This document shows positions 27,148-36,200 of a stretch of 64,000 nt of DNA, piece after piece. The notes beneath the pieces were generated by a model. It was not told where the DNA came from, did not search any database, and saw nothing but the letters and a program-made list of their open reading frames with translations. Made by a program: the position numbers and the translations under genes. Source of the DNA: Synechococcus sp. UW140 (GTDB lineage: Bacteria > Pseudomonadota > Alphaproteobacteria > Sphingomonadales > Sphingomonadaceae); contig CALRKY020000011.1 in NCBI GenBank assembly GCA_943368345.1, forward strand, positions 14,251-78,250, in the 5' to 3' direction. Numbering within the stretch: position 1 is the first letter of the stretch; every line of letters starts with the position of its first letter.

Positions 27148-29196
27148 TCAGGCCGGAGTGATCATGATGTTGCCGAACCCGTCGACCGTGCCGATGTGGC
27201 GCGTCTCAATGAGTGTGGTCGAATCCATCTCGGTAACGATGGCCGAGCCCCTGATGATGTCCCCGGCCCGCAGTTTTGCACGGTCGTAAATGACCGCAGC
27301 CTGCGCCGCGCCGTCCATCCACAGTTCGTGGTCCCGCAACTTGGCCGCGACCGGATTGCCGTCGCCCTTGGGCAGTTGGTGGGCCGGAAGCTCAAGGGCG
27401 CGCCCAAGCGCCACGGCGCGCAGGTTCACCAGTTCATGTTCGCTGTCCATGTTGAAGGTGAACAGGCGGCGATGTTCGTCGTCGAAGCGTTTGGTCAGCG
27501 CCGCAATCCCGCCGGCCTTCAGCGTGGCCAGATCGATGGTCATCGGCACTTCAAACGCCTGGCCCGAATAGCGGACATCAATCTCGAACGAGGTTTCGAT
27601 GTCGGCAGAGGCCACTCCGTCGGCGGCCAATTCGGCCCGGACCTGCGCATCCATGTCGGCGAGCAGTCCGAGCACTTCGGCAGCGCTGGTTTCCGACACC
27701 CGCTTCGACAGCGACCGCGCGGTTTCGGTCCGGGTCCGGGTCGTCGCATCGCCGAGTGCGCAGAGCACCCCGGGCGACACCGGCGACACCGCCGGATAGC
27801 TGCCCATCAAGCGGGCTACAGCGTTGACATGCAGCGGCCCCGCCCCGCCAAAGCCCATCAGCGCAAAGTCGCGCGGGTCATAGCCCTGCTGGACCGAGAT
27901 CATCCGGAGCGCCCCGAACATATTCTCGTTGACGATGTCGATGATGCCGCGCGCCGCCGCCATCAGCGGGATCGACAGGGCGTCGGCGATCGTTTGCACC
28001 GCCTTTGTCGCGGCCGGCCTGTCGAGCTTGAACGCCCCGCCCAGCAGATTTTCGGGCAAATAGCCCAGCACGACATTGGCGTCGGTCACTGTCGGCAGCT
28101 CTCCGCCCTTGCCGTAGGCCGCCGGCCCCGGCACCGCGCCTGCCGATTGTGGACCAACGCGCAGCGCCCCGGTCAGTTCCGGCACATAGGCAATCGACCC
28201 ACCCCCTGCGCCAACTGTTTTCACGTCAAGCGATGACGCCCGCACCGACAAATGGCCGACTTCAGTCGTCCGCACCCGGCGCGGCTCGCCATGTTCGATC
28301 AGCGCCACATCGGTGGAGGTGCCGCCAACGTCGAGCGTCAGGATGTTCTTGAGACCGGCATTCTTTGCCACCCACAGCGCCCCGGTCACCCCGCCTGCCG
28401 GACCCGACATCAGCAGGGCCACCGGATGTTCCTCGGCCTTTTGCGATGACATCAGACCGCCGTCGGAGCGCAGCAGCGACAGCTTGCCGGTCATCCCGAC
28501 CTGCTCCAGCCGCCCGCGCAGATTGCGGACATAGCGCCCGACCAAAGGCCTGACCGCCGCGTTGGCGACCGTGGTCAGCGTCCGCTCATATTCCTGCATC
28601 TCCGGCAGCACGACATGGCTCAGCGACAGCGGCACACCCGGCAGCATTTCGGCGGCAATCTCGCCAATCCGTTTTTCATGCGCGCCGTTCAGATAGGCGT
28701 TGACCAGGCTGACGGTCAGCGCCTCAATCCCCCGGGCCTTGAGCACGGCCAGTTGCGCCCGCACATCGGCTTCGTCGAGCGGTTGGAGTTCGCGGCCCTG
28801 CGCATCCATCCGGCCTTTGACCTCGACCGTATCCTCCAGCGCTGCAAGCGGGGTCGGCTTCGGCCAGACAATCCACCCGGCAAGGCCACCCGGCACGAAG
28901 CTGCGCGCAATCTGCATCACCTGCCGGTAGCCTGCCGTCGTCACCAGCCCGACCCGCGCGCCCTTGCCCTCCAGCATCGCGTTGGTGGCGACCGTGGTTC
29001 CGTGCAGGAACACCTCAATCTGGGAAGGCTTGACCCCGGCCTGGGCGCAAATCGCTTCAACCCCGTTCAAAATGCCTTCACTGCTGTCATGCGGTGTCGA
29101 TGGCGTCTTGGTCCGCCAGAAATCTCCGGTGGCATCATCAAACAGCAACAGATCGGTAAAGGTCCCGCCAACGTCGACACCCAAGCGATAGGACAT
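27148..29196 (-). CDS. Hydantoinase A / oxoprolinase-family ATP-dependent subunit (HyuA-like)
   Basis: 682 aa, with N-terminal LGVDVGGTFTDLLLF and an internal LTLDVGGTSTDV (ASKHA-type phosphate loops). Confidence 0.88.
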   Translation of the reverse strand: MSYRLGVDVGGTFTDLLLFDDATGDFWRTKTPSTPHDSSEGILNGVEAICAQAGVKPSQIEVFLHGTTVATNAMLEGKGARVGLVTTAGYRQVMQIARSFVPGGLAGWIVWPKPTPLAALEDTVEVKGRMDAQGRELQPLDEADVRAQLAVLKARGIEALTVSLVNAYLNGAHEKRIGEIAAEMLPGVPLSLSHVVLPEMQEYERTLTTVANAAVRPLVGRYVRNLRGRLEQVGMTGKLSLLRSDGGLMSSQKAEEHPVALLMSGPAGGVTGALWVAKNAGLKNILTLDVGGTSTDVALIEHGEPRRVRTTEVGHLSVRASSLDVKTVGAGGGSIAYVPELTGALRVGPQSAGAVPGPAAYGKGGELPTVTDANVVLGYLPENLLGGAFKLDRPAATKAVQTIADALSIPLMAAARGIIDIVNENMFGALRMISVQQGYDPRDFALMGFGGAGPLHVNAVARLMGSYPAVSPVSPGVLCALGDATTRTRTETARSLSKRVSETSAAEVLGLLADMDAQVRAELAADGVASADIETSFEIDVRYSGQAFEVPMTIDLATLKAGGIAALTKRFDDEHRRLFTFNMDSEHELVNLRAVALGRALELPAHQLPKGDGNPVAAKLRDHELWMDGAAQAAVIYDRAKLRAGDIIRGSAIVTEMDSTTLIETRHIGTVDGFGNIMITPA

Positions 29197-29436
29197 GCAG
29201 ACTCCCCTGATTCAGCCACGCAGACCTGCTGACCCGATGCTAGCTGCGGAACCAGGCCCCGACTGTCCTGACCTCTCCGGCGTTTATTCGCCTTTCGGTC
29301 AAAATCAGCTTGGACACAGTCTAGCGCTAGGGGCCGGATTCGCAAGGCAAGCGGCCAGCGAGCGCGCAATGATGTCGGCGGGGATTGGTTGTGCGCCCGA
29401 GCTGTGCCATCCTCTTGCCTCACAAGGGAGGCCTGC

Positions 29437-29925
29437 ATGCGACCCCATCACCTCGTCATAATCCTCGGCGGATTGGCGGCAGCTGCGCTGGCAACAAACG
29501 CCACCGCCCAGCCAGTCGACGGAAGCTTCAAGGTCATCGCCCCCGACCAGATTGTCTGGCGCAGCGTTAAGGGGGGGCTGGGCGTGCAGGCGGCTCTGGT
29601 CGCAGGCGATCCGACCAAAGCCGGCGTTTATGTGATCCGTGTCAAATTTCCGCCCTATGTCATGGACCGGCCGCATTTCCATTCAAAGGACCGCTATGTC
29701 ACCGTGCTGAGCGGTAGATGGTCGGTCGGCACCGGCAAGGATTTTGATCCTGCCAAGGCGATGCAGCTCCCAGCGGGTAGCTATATGTTTCACCCGGCGA
29801 ACGGCGTTCACTGGGACGGGTCCAACCATGCCGAAGAGGTGATCGTTCAGGTCATCGGCAATGGCCCGGTGGAATCAGAAGATCTGGACCCTGAACAGCC
29901 CACCTGGGTCAAAGTCGGGCCGTAA
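29437..29925 (+). CDS. Secreted cupin-domain protein
   Basis: Signal peptide MRPHHLVIILGGLAAAALATNATA|Q, with a His-containing beta-barrel-like core (PHFHSKDRYVTVLSG..FHPANGVHW). The function is unknown. Confidence 0.55.
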   Translation: MRPHHLVIILGGLAAAALATNATAQPVDGSFKVIAPDQIVWRSVKGGLGVQAALVAGDPTKAGVYVIRVKFPPYVMDRPHFHSKDRYVTVLSGRWSVGTGKDFDPAKAMQLPAGSYMFHPANGVHWDGSNHAEEVIVQVIGNGPVESEDLDPEQPTWVKVGP

Positions 29926-29944
29926 CCCGCATCCGCACGCCGGG

Positions 29945-30535
29945 TCAGGCCTTCTTTCCCCACAATTGCGTCAACCGGCGGTCTTTGCCGCAACCGACGC
30001 GGTAGGCACCGTAGTGGAGCCGGTTCCGGGCGGCGTAATTCTGGTGGTAGCTTTCGGCTGGATAGAAGCGCGCTGCGGCGAGGATTTTGGTGGCGAGCGG
30101 TCGGTCAAGCTGTTTCGCCGCACGGGCTTTGGCAGCCTCCGCCTCAAGGCGCTGCTGCGGCGTGGCAAAAATCGCCGGGCCATAGCTTTCACCCCGGTCG
30201 CAGAAAGCCCCGCCCGCGTCGGTTGGATCGGTGGTGCGGAAATAGGCATCGGCCAGCTGAGCATAGCTGATCCGGCGCGGATCATAGGTGACCCGCACCG
30301 CCTCATAGTGGCCGGTGGTCTCGGTCACCACATCCTCATAGGTGGGATTGGCCAGCCGCCCGCCGGTATAGCCAGACACCACCTCGGTCACCCCGGCGAC
30401 CTTTTCCATGTCATGCTCCATCGACCAGAAACACCCCCCGGCAAACACAGCGGTGGCGAGACCCGGCCCCGGCGTCGCGGCAACGGTGAGGGCAGCAGAG
30501 GCCGTAAGGAACAGGATACGCAAAGGACGGTACAT
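29945..30535 (-). CDS. msrA: Peptide-methionine (S)-S-oxide reductase MsrA, exported form
   Basis: Signal peptide MYRPLRILFLTASAALTVAA, then the active-site motif GGCFWSMEH. Start taken at ATG 30535. The track ORF extends to 30820. Confidence 0.85.
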   Translation of the reverse strand: MYRPLRILFLTASAALTVAATPGPGLATAVFAGGCFWSMEHDMEKVAGVTEVVSGYTGGRLANPTYEDVVTETTGHYEAVRVTYDPRRISYAQLADAYFRTTDPTDAGGAFCDRGESYGPAIFATPQQRLEAEAAKARAAKQLDRPLATKILAAARFYPAESYHQNYAARNRLHYGAYRVGCGKDRRLTQLWGKKA

Positions 30536-30684
30536 CAGGTGAAACTCCAGTTGGACTGCTCCCTTGTACGCCGGACGAGGGCAAATAGTTACCCTGCGTA
30601 CACGCCACCTCGGTATGCTGGTGCACACGAGTTGCTGCCATCGTGAACCGAAACTGAAATGGTTTAAGTAATCTGCGAACGACG

Positions 30685-30927
30685 CTAGGTGTTGCTGCGC
30701 ATCCGCCAGAGTGTCGCGAAGCCGATGGCCATCCATGCAATGTTGAGGGCGGCGGACGGATAGGCCTGATTCCAGACGCCGTTGACGATGAACCCGGCGG
30801 CGCCGACGATGTTCATCCATTGAAAGGTCAGGCTGTTGGAGGTCATCCGCCCGCTCGACAGCAGGCCGTAAGCCATGAGGATGAGCAGCGCGGCGATCCA
30901 GCCGGCGATTTCAATCGCGAGGTTCAC
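30685..30927 (-). CDS. Small 3-TM membrane protein (CBU_0592-like)
   Basis: 80 aa with three hydrophobic spans. Its ATG overlaps the rlmB stop by 4 nt, suggesting translational coupling. The family name is from recollection only. Confidence 0.5.
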   Translation of the reverse strand: MNLAIEIAGWIAALLILMAYGLLSSGRMTSNSLTFQWMNIVGAAGFIVNGVWNQAYPSAALNIAWMAIGFATLWRMRSNT

Positions 30928-31688
30928 GACCCCGGTCGGCTTGCCGCCGCATAAAGGGCGATGGCCGCCGCGTTGGAGACATTCAGGCTTTCGACCGCAT
31001 TGGAGATCGGCAGCCGCGCCAGTTGATCGCAGTGGAGGGCGGTGTTGTGGCGCATGCCTTCGCCCTCCGCCCCGAGCACAAAGGCCGGACGCGTTGCCCC
31101 TAGGGCAGCGTCCAGTGTCATCGTCGCTTCACCGGTCAGGCCGATGCGCCAGAAGCCAGCCTCGGCAATTTCATCGAGAGCGCGGGACAGATTAACGACG
31201 CGCACCCACGGCACGGTCTCCAGCGTGCCAGACGCGGCCTTGGCCAGCGCACCGCTTTCATTCGGGGCGTGGCGGTCCTGGGTGATGATGGCCAGCGCGT
31301 TGAAGGCCGCTGCCGAGCGCAGGATGGCGCCGACATTGTGGGGGTCAGTCACCTGATCGAGCACCAGCAGGGGGCGGCCGTTGCCCTCGCCCGCCGCGAA
31401 AATATCGTCGATCCACGGCGTCTCCAGCGGCTCGACCTCCAGAACCATCCCCTGATGCGGGGCATCCGAGCCGGACAGGCGCGCCAGATCGGCGGCATCG
31501 CCATATTGCACCTCAAGGCCAGCGGGAATGTCGAGCAGCTCCTTGGCGTCATGGGTAATCCACAGCTTGCGCTTGACGCGCGCATCATTGGCAAGCGCGG
31601 CGATGACGGCATGGCGGCCCCAGAAGCGGGGGAAGCGCGCATCGGCGCGGTTGGCGGTGCCATGGCGTTTTTGGGGGCGGCGGGACAT
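30924..31688 (-). CDS. rlmB: SpoU/TrmH-family 23S rRNA 2'-O-ribose methyltransferase (RlmB-like)
   Basis: LVLDQVTDPHNVGAILRSAAAF and the C-terminal SLNVSNAAAIALY knot motifs are present. Start taken at ATG 31688, because the longer track ORF would run through the rplS terminator hairpin. Confidence 0.8.
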   Translation of the reverse strand: MSRRPQKRHGTANRADARFPRFWGRHAVIAALANDARVKRKLWITHDAKELLDIPAGLEVQYGDAADLARLSGSDAPHQGMVLEVEPLETPWIDDIFAAGEGNGRPLLVLDQVTDPHNVGAILRSAAAFNALAIITQDRHAPNESGALAKAASGTLETVPWVRVVNLSRALDEIAEAGFWRIGLTGEATMTLDAALGATRPAFVLGAEGEGMRHNTALHCDQLARLPISNAVESLNVSNAAAIALYAAASRPGS

Positions 31689-31735
31689 GCGCAGCGCCTT
31701 AGCCGGACATCGGGCAAAAGGCCAGTCAACCCGGT

Positions 31736-31773
31736 CAAACCGAAAGCGGCCGCCGGATTGCTCCAGCGGCCGC
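31736..31773 (-). terminator. Hairpin terminator downstream of rplS
   Basis: On the minus strand the sequence reads GCGGCCGC-12 nt-GCGGCCGC followed by TTTCGGTTTG. Confidence 0.5.
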
Positions 31774-31796
31774 ATGTCGAAAATTTGGGTGTGCGC

Positions 31797-32186
31797 CTAC
31801 TCGGCAGCAACAACCTTGGCAGGGCGTGGATCGCGACGCTCGGCGATACGCGCCGATTTGCCCGAACGGCCACGCAGATAGTAAAGCTTCGCACGGCGGA
31901 CGATGCCGCGGCGGACCAGTTCGATGGATTCAACGTTCGGCGAATACAGCGGGAACACCCGCTCGACGCCTTCGCCGAAGCTGACCTTGCGAACCGTGAA
32001 ATTGGAATTGATCGATTTTTCGGCCCGGGCGATGCACACGCCCTCGAAAAACTGAACGCGGCTGCGCTCGCCTTCGACGACCTTCACGCCGACACGCACA
32101 GTGTCACCGGGACGGAAGTTCGGAATGGTCTTGTTGGCGGCGAATTTCGCGACCTGTTCGGCCTCGATCTGCTGGAGAAGGTTCAT
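31797..32186 (-). CDS. rplS: 50S ribosomal protein L19
   Basis: 129 aa, [11 protein letters not shown]...[30 protein letters not shown] is canonical L19. Confidence 0.95.
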   Translation of the reverse strand: MNLLQQIEAEQVAKFAANKTIPNFRPGDTVRVGVKVVEGERSRVQFFEGVCIARAEKSINSNFTVRKVSFGEGVERVFPLYSPNVESIELVRRGIVRRAKLYYLRGRSGKSARIAERRDPRPAKVVAAE

Positions 32187-32941
32187 GCCTTGTCGTCCTT
32201 ATTCTGTCGTCGCGCGCCAGAGGGCGACTTGACCCGAACGCTGTCATAGCGTTCCCACAGGTCCGGTCGCCTTAACCGTGTGTCGATCTCCGCCGTGGCT
32301 TTTCGCCAGGCGTCGATCTTCGCGTGATCCCCCGATCGCAACACTTCTGGGACCGCGCGCCCTTCCCACATCTGGGGTCGGGTATAATGCGGATATTCGA
32401 GCAGTCCGGCCTCAAAGCTTTCCTGCTCACCGCTCGAAGCCGCGCCCATTACGCCGGGAAGCAGCCGAACGCAAGCGTCGAGGAGGATGAGCGCCGCCGG
32501 TTCACCGCCGGACAGGACGAAATCTCCGATGCTGAGGGTTTCGATATCCCGCGCTTCGAAGATACGTTCGTCAAACCCCTCGAACCGGCCGCAAAGGATC
32601 GTGACGCCGGGGCCTGCCGCCAGTTCGCGCACCCGGGCCTGCGTCAGCGGTTTCCCGCGCGGCGACATGGCGAGAACCGGTGCATCCGGCTGCCGCGCCC
32701 TTACCGCATCGACGGCTGCCGCGAGCACATCAGCCCGCAACACCATCCCCGGCCCGCCGCCAGCGGGTGTGTCATCCACCGACCGGTGCTTGTCCGTTGC
32801 GAAATCCCGCAGTTGAACCGCATCCAGCGACCAAAGCCCGTCAGACAAAGCCCGCCCCGCCAGACTCGCGCCAAGCGGCCCCGGGAACATCTCCGGGTAA
32901 AGGGTGATGACAGTGCTGGACCACAGCATCAGGCTGTCCAA
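32183..32941 (-). CDS. trmD: tRNA (guanine37-N1)-methyltransferase TrmD
   Basis: [22 protein letters not shown] and [13 protein letters not shown] are present. An alternative start, ATG 32929, forms TGATG with the vapC stop. There is a 4-nt overlap with rplS. Confidence 0.92.
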   Translation of the reverse strand: MDSLMLWSSTVITLYPEMFPGPLGASLAGRALSDGLWSLDAVQLRDFATDKHRSVDDTPAGGGPGMVLRADVLAAAVDAVRARQPDAPVLAMSPRGKPLTQARVRELAAGPGVTILCGRFEGFDERIFEARDIETLSIGDFVLSGGEPAALILLDACVRLLPGVMGAASSGEQESFEAGLLEYPHYTRPQMWEGRAVPEVLRSGDHAKIDAWRKATAEIDTRLRRPDLWERYDSVRVKSPSGARRQNKDDKA

Positions 32942-33303
32942 TTCTCGACCCGCAAGCCCGGCACGTCGGCGAAGTCCTTTTCGTTCGCGGTGACAATCGT
33001 GACATCAAGCGCCAGCGCGTGCGCGGCGATCAGGCGGTCGAACCGATGTCGCTTGAACGGCAATCGGGCATAGGCCGCTGCTGCCGCATCGTCATAGGGC
33101 AGCACCGCGACAATTTCCCGGAATCGCGACAGCCGTGCCTGCTGGTCGGCGGTCATTTTCATCATCATTTCGCCAAGACAGATGGCGGACGTTACAATCG
33201 TGCCGGGGCTTTCCTCCGCGAGACGCGCGGCGGCGCGCTGTGCCTGCGCTTTCAGCAACAGAATCGCGATGTTCGAGTCAAGCAGGTAGCACGGATCAAC
33301 CAC
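32929..33303 (-). CDS. vapC: PIN-domain type II toxin VapC
   Basis: 124 aa with a GTG start. PIN acidic residues are in the expected context (LLDSN.., ..CLGEM.., [24 protein letters not shown]). It overlaps vapB by 8 nt. Confidence 0.85.
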   Translation of the reverse strand: MVDPCYLLDSNIAILLLKAQAQRAAARLAEESPGTIVTSAICLGEMMMKMTADQQARLSRFREIVAVLPYDDAAAAAYARLPFKRHRFDRLIAAHALALDVTIVTANEKDFADVPGLRVENWTA

Positions 33304-33589
33304 TTGCGCCGGTTCCCCGCTCGGACGGGCGCGGATCGATCGATCGATCGGTGATCAGCTCCGCATCAGGTATCGACCCATAAAAAGCCCATACGTCGAA
33401 TTTGTCTGTCGTTGATCGGACCGGCTCGACGATGAACTGGCCCTGCTCCTCGCGCAATTTCAGCGGTGTTCCGGGCGTGATCCCAAATGATTTCGGCAAC
33501 CTCACTGCCGTTGAGTTACCCGACTTGAATGCGCGAGTCAGTGTCACGTCGGTTGATGAACGTTCGATCTTGCGATGAGAATCGGCCAT
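33296..33589 (-). CDS. vapB: AbrB/SpoVT-type antitoxin VapB
   Basis: 97 aa with the swapped-hairpin motif TRAFKSGNSTAVRLPKSFG. GGAGG lies 5-6 nt upstream of the ATG. Confidence 0.8.
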   Translation of the reverse strand: MADSHRKIERSSTDVTLTRAFKSGNSTAVRLPKSFGITPGTPLKLREEQGQFIVEPVRSTTDKFDVWAFYGSIPDAELITDRSIDPRPSERGTGASG

Positions 33590-33599
33590 TTCCGCCTCC

Positions 33600-33620
33600 G
33601 TATATACATTCAGTATATAC
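33600..33620. promoter_or_regulatory. Twin palindromes GTATATAC-attca-GTATATAC immediately upstream of vapB (candidate TA operator or internal promoter)
   Basis: Read directly at 33600-07 and 33613-20. This is an AT-rich island in GC-rich DNA. It overlaps the rimM stop codon. Confidence 0.55.
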
Positions 33621-34120
33621 TATATGATGAACCCAGGTTCAATCACCGCCTGCTCGCCAACCTCCGGCACCGCTTCGGGCCTGAACGGCACCATGAAGCG
33701 TTTGCCGCCAGGTCGCTCGATTTCGAGGATATCGCCGGCGCCGAAATTCTCGACGGCGGCGATTTTGCCGAGCGGTTCGCCGGTCGGGGTCACGCAGGGC
33801 AGGCCGATCAGGTCTGACTGATAATATTCGCCCTCCGCCAATGGCGGCAGCGTCTCGCGGGCGACGGTCAGGGCGGTGCCGCGCAGGGCCTCCGCCCGTT
33901 CGCGCGTGGTAACCTCGGCGAACCGGGCGACAGCGTCCGGTTTGCCGGGTTTCAGGGATTTCAGTGTCAGCGTGGCACCGCCAGCCTCAAACGCCTTGTA
34001 GCGGCGCAGCGACTCGATGGTTTCGGCAAACAATTTCAGCCGCACTTCACCGCTGACGCCGTGCGCCCCGGCAATTGCGGCGAGGGTGACGCGTGCGCCG
34101 TCCGCCTGCGTCACCCCCAT
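33620..34120 (-). CDS. rimM: 16S rRNA processing protein RimM
   Basis: 166 aa, AGAHGVSGEVRLKLFAE (PRC-barrel RimM N-terminus). It sits between rpsP and trmD. Confidence 0.88.
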   Translation of the reverse strand: MGVTQADGARVTLAAIAGAHGVSGEVRLKLFAETIESLRRYKAFEAGGATLTLKSLKPGKPDAVARFAEVTTRERAEALRGTALTVARETLPPLAEGEYYQSDLIGLPCVTPTGEPLGKIAAVENFGAGDILEIERPGGKRFMVPFRPEAVPEVGEQAVIEPGFII

Positions 34121-34125
34121 TTGTC

Positions 34126-34599
34126 CTACGCCTCGGTGGTTTCGGCGTCGGCAGCCGGGGCCTCCGCCGCGACTTCGGCTTCAGCAACGGCCTCGACTTC
34201 GGCTTCGACAACCGGCTCCGGCTCAGGCTGGGCAGCTGCGGCGGCCAGTGCGGCTTCCAGGTCAGCGGCCTTCTTGGCCTTGGCTTCGACGCGCTCCACG
34301 GCCTTTTCGCCGGGCTTGCCCTTGTTGGGATTGACTGACGCAGCGCGCGGGCGAATGCCGGCGGCATCGAGGAAGCGGGCAACCCGGTCCGACGGCTGGG
34401 CGCCGACGCTCAGCCAATGCGCCGCACGCTCGGTGTCGAGCTTGACGCGCTCCGGCGAATCCTTGGCGAGCAGCGGGTTATAGGTGCCGATCTTCTCCAG
34501 GAAACGGCCATCGCGCGCATTGCGCGAATCCGCCACGACGATCCGGTAATAAGGCCGCTTCTTCGCGCCACCGCGCGACAGCCGGATTGCAATTGCCAT
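34126..34599 (-). CDS. rpsP: 30S ribosomal protein S16 with Ala/Glu-rich C-terminal extension
   Basis: [42 protein letters not shown] is canonical S16. A low-complexity tail of about 70 aa follows. Confidence 0.95.
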   Translation of the reverse strand: MAIAIRLSRGGAKKRPYYRIVVADSRNARDGRFLEKIGTYNPLLAKDSPERVKLDTERAAHWLSVGAQPSDRVARFLDAAGIRPRAASVNPNKGKPGEKAVERVEAKAKKAADLEAALAAAAAQPEPEPVVEAEVEAVAEAEVAAEAPAADAETTEA

Positions 34600-34626
34600 A
34601 GGTAAGTCCTTTTCTTCTCTTGTCTT

Positions 34627-36051
34627 TTAGCGTTTGAAATTCTTGTCGAAACCGGGGGGAAGCTGGGGCATTCCACCGCCCGCACCGCCGAGCATGCCGC
34701 CAAGGCCACCCGGCATTTTCCCCATCATCCCCATCATCGCCTTCAGTCCGCCCATCTTGCGGAGCTTTTTCATGGCGTTGGCCATTTCCAGGTGCATTTT
34801 CAGGAGCTTGTTGACCTCCTGCACTGTCGTCCCGGCACCATTGGCGATCCGGATCTTGCGTTTTGCGTTGAGCAATTCCGGTCGGGTCCGTTCCTTCGGC
34901 GTCATCGACAGGATGACCGCCTCCATCCGCCCGAGCGTCTTGTCATTGACGCCGGCCGCCGTCGCCTGGGCCTGCATCTTGCCCATGCCCGGCATCATGC
35001 CCATCAGCGCGCCCATGCCGCCCATGCGCTTCATCTGCGCCAGCTGGGCCCGCAGGTCGTTCATGTCGAACTGACCCTTGGACATTTTGGCGGCGAGTTT
35101 TTCTGCCTCGGCCTGATCAATCGATTCGGCGGCGCGTTCGACGAGGCCGACGACATCGCCCATGCCGAGAATGCGGCCCGCCACTCGGCCCGGATCAAAG
35201 GCATCCAGCGCATCAAGCTTTTCGCCGGTCCCGACAAATTTGATCGGCTTCTGGGTGACCGACCGCATCGACAAGGCGGCACCGCCCCGGGCGTCGCCGT
35301 CCATGCGGGTCAGAACGACGCCAGACAGATCGACCTGACCGGCAAAGGATTTGGCGACGTTGACGGCGTCCTGTCCGGTCAGGGCATCGACCACGAGTAG
35401 GATTTCTGCAGGTGCCGATGCGCTGGCCACGGCCTGCATCTCGGCCATCAGCGCGGCATCGACATGCAGGCGGCCCGCCGTGTCGAGCATCAGCACGTCA
35501 AAACCCTGCAACCGCGCCGCCTGCATGGCGCGTTTCGCAATCTCCACCGGTTGCTGCCCGGCGATGATCGGCAATGTCGCAACGCTGACCTGCTCCCCGA
35601 GAATGCGGAGCTGTTCCTGGGCGGCCGGGCGATTGACGTCGAGCGACGCCATCATCACCTTCTTGCGGTCACGCTCGGTCAGCCGTTTGGCGATCTTCGC
35701 CGTCGTCGTGGTTTTGCCCGACCCCTGCAAACCGACCATCATCACCACGGCCGGCGGCGTGACTTCCAGGTTCAGGCCCTGCGCATCACCGCCGAGCATG
35801 TCGACCAGCGCGTCATTGACGATCTTGACGACCTGCTGCCCCGGCGTGACCGAGCGGATGACTTCCGCACCAATCGCGCGCTCGGTGGCCTGATCGACGA
35901 ATTCCTTGACCACCGGCAGCGCGACATCGGCTTCGAGCAGCGCGACCCGCACCTCGCGCATTGCGGCGCGGACGTCGAGCTCGGTCAGCGCGCCGCGCCC
36001 CCGAAGCTTGTCGAACACACCACCAAGGCGCTCGGATAACGTTTCGAACAT
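34627..36051 (-). CDS. ffh: Signal recognition particle protein Ffh
   Basis: MFETLSERLGGVFDKLRG, the P-loop GLQGSGKTTT, DTAGR and a Met-rich M domain are present. Start taken at ATG 36051. Confidence 0.95.
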   Translation of the reverse strand: MFETLSERLGGVFDKLRGRGALTELDVRAAMREVRVALLEADVALPVVKEFVDQATERAIGAEVIRSVTPGQQVVKIVNDALVDMLGGDAQGLNLEVTPPAVVMMVGLQGSGKTTTTAKIAKRLTERDRKKVMMASLDVNRPAAQEQLRILGEQVSVATLPIIAGQQPVEIAKRAMQAARLQGFDVLMLDTAGRLHVDAALMAEMQAVASASAPAEILLVVDALTGQDAVNVAKSFAGQVDLSGVVLTRMDGDARGGAALSMRSVTQKPIKFVGTGEKLDALDAFDPGRVAGRILGMGDVVGLVERAAESIDQAEAEKLAAKMSKGQFDMNDLRAQLAQMKRMGGMGALMGMMPGMGKMQAQATAAGVNDKTLGRMEAVILSMTPKERTRPELLNAKRKIRIANGAGTTVQEVNKLLKMHLEMANAMKKLRKMGGLKAMMGMMGKMPGGLGGMLGGAGGGMPQLPPGFDKNFKR

Positions 36052-36146
36052 CAGGCCCGTTCTACCTTCAACGCCAAATACGCCGGTGGGCGCACCTGCG
36101 CTGACCGGCGAACGTCCGTGGACGTGGATTACACTCACGCTTCTCT

Positions 36147-36178
36147 GGGAAAAGCCGGTGGCGGGTAGCGTCACCGGC
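36147..36178 (-). terminator. Rho-independent terminator of kup
   Basis: On the minus strand the sequence reads GCCGGTG-11 nt-CACCGGC followed by TTTTCCC, 23 nt after the kup stop. Confidence 0.6.
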
Positions 36179-36200
36179 GCTGCGAGTCAATGACGCGGCG

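Noticed and set aside
29321-29330. Perfect 10-bp palindrome CTAGCGCTAG in the hyuA/cupin divergent region
   Set aside because: It is a single occurrence with no second copy and no adjacent regulator gene to link it to. That is too little to call an operator.
33334-33349. (GATC)4 tetranucleotide repeat inside vapB, a possible phase-variation tract
   Set aside because: Four units is below the lengths usually associated with slipped-strand switching. The tract simply encodes ..TDRSIDP.. in frame.
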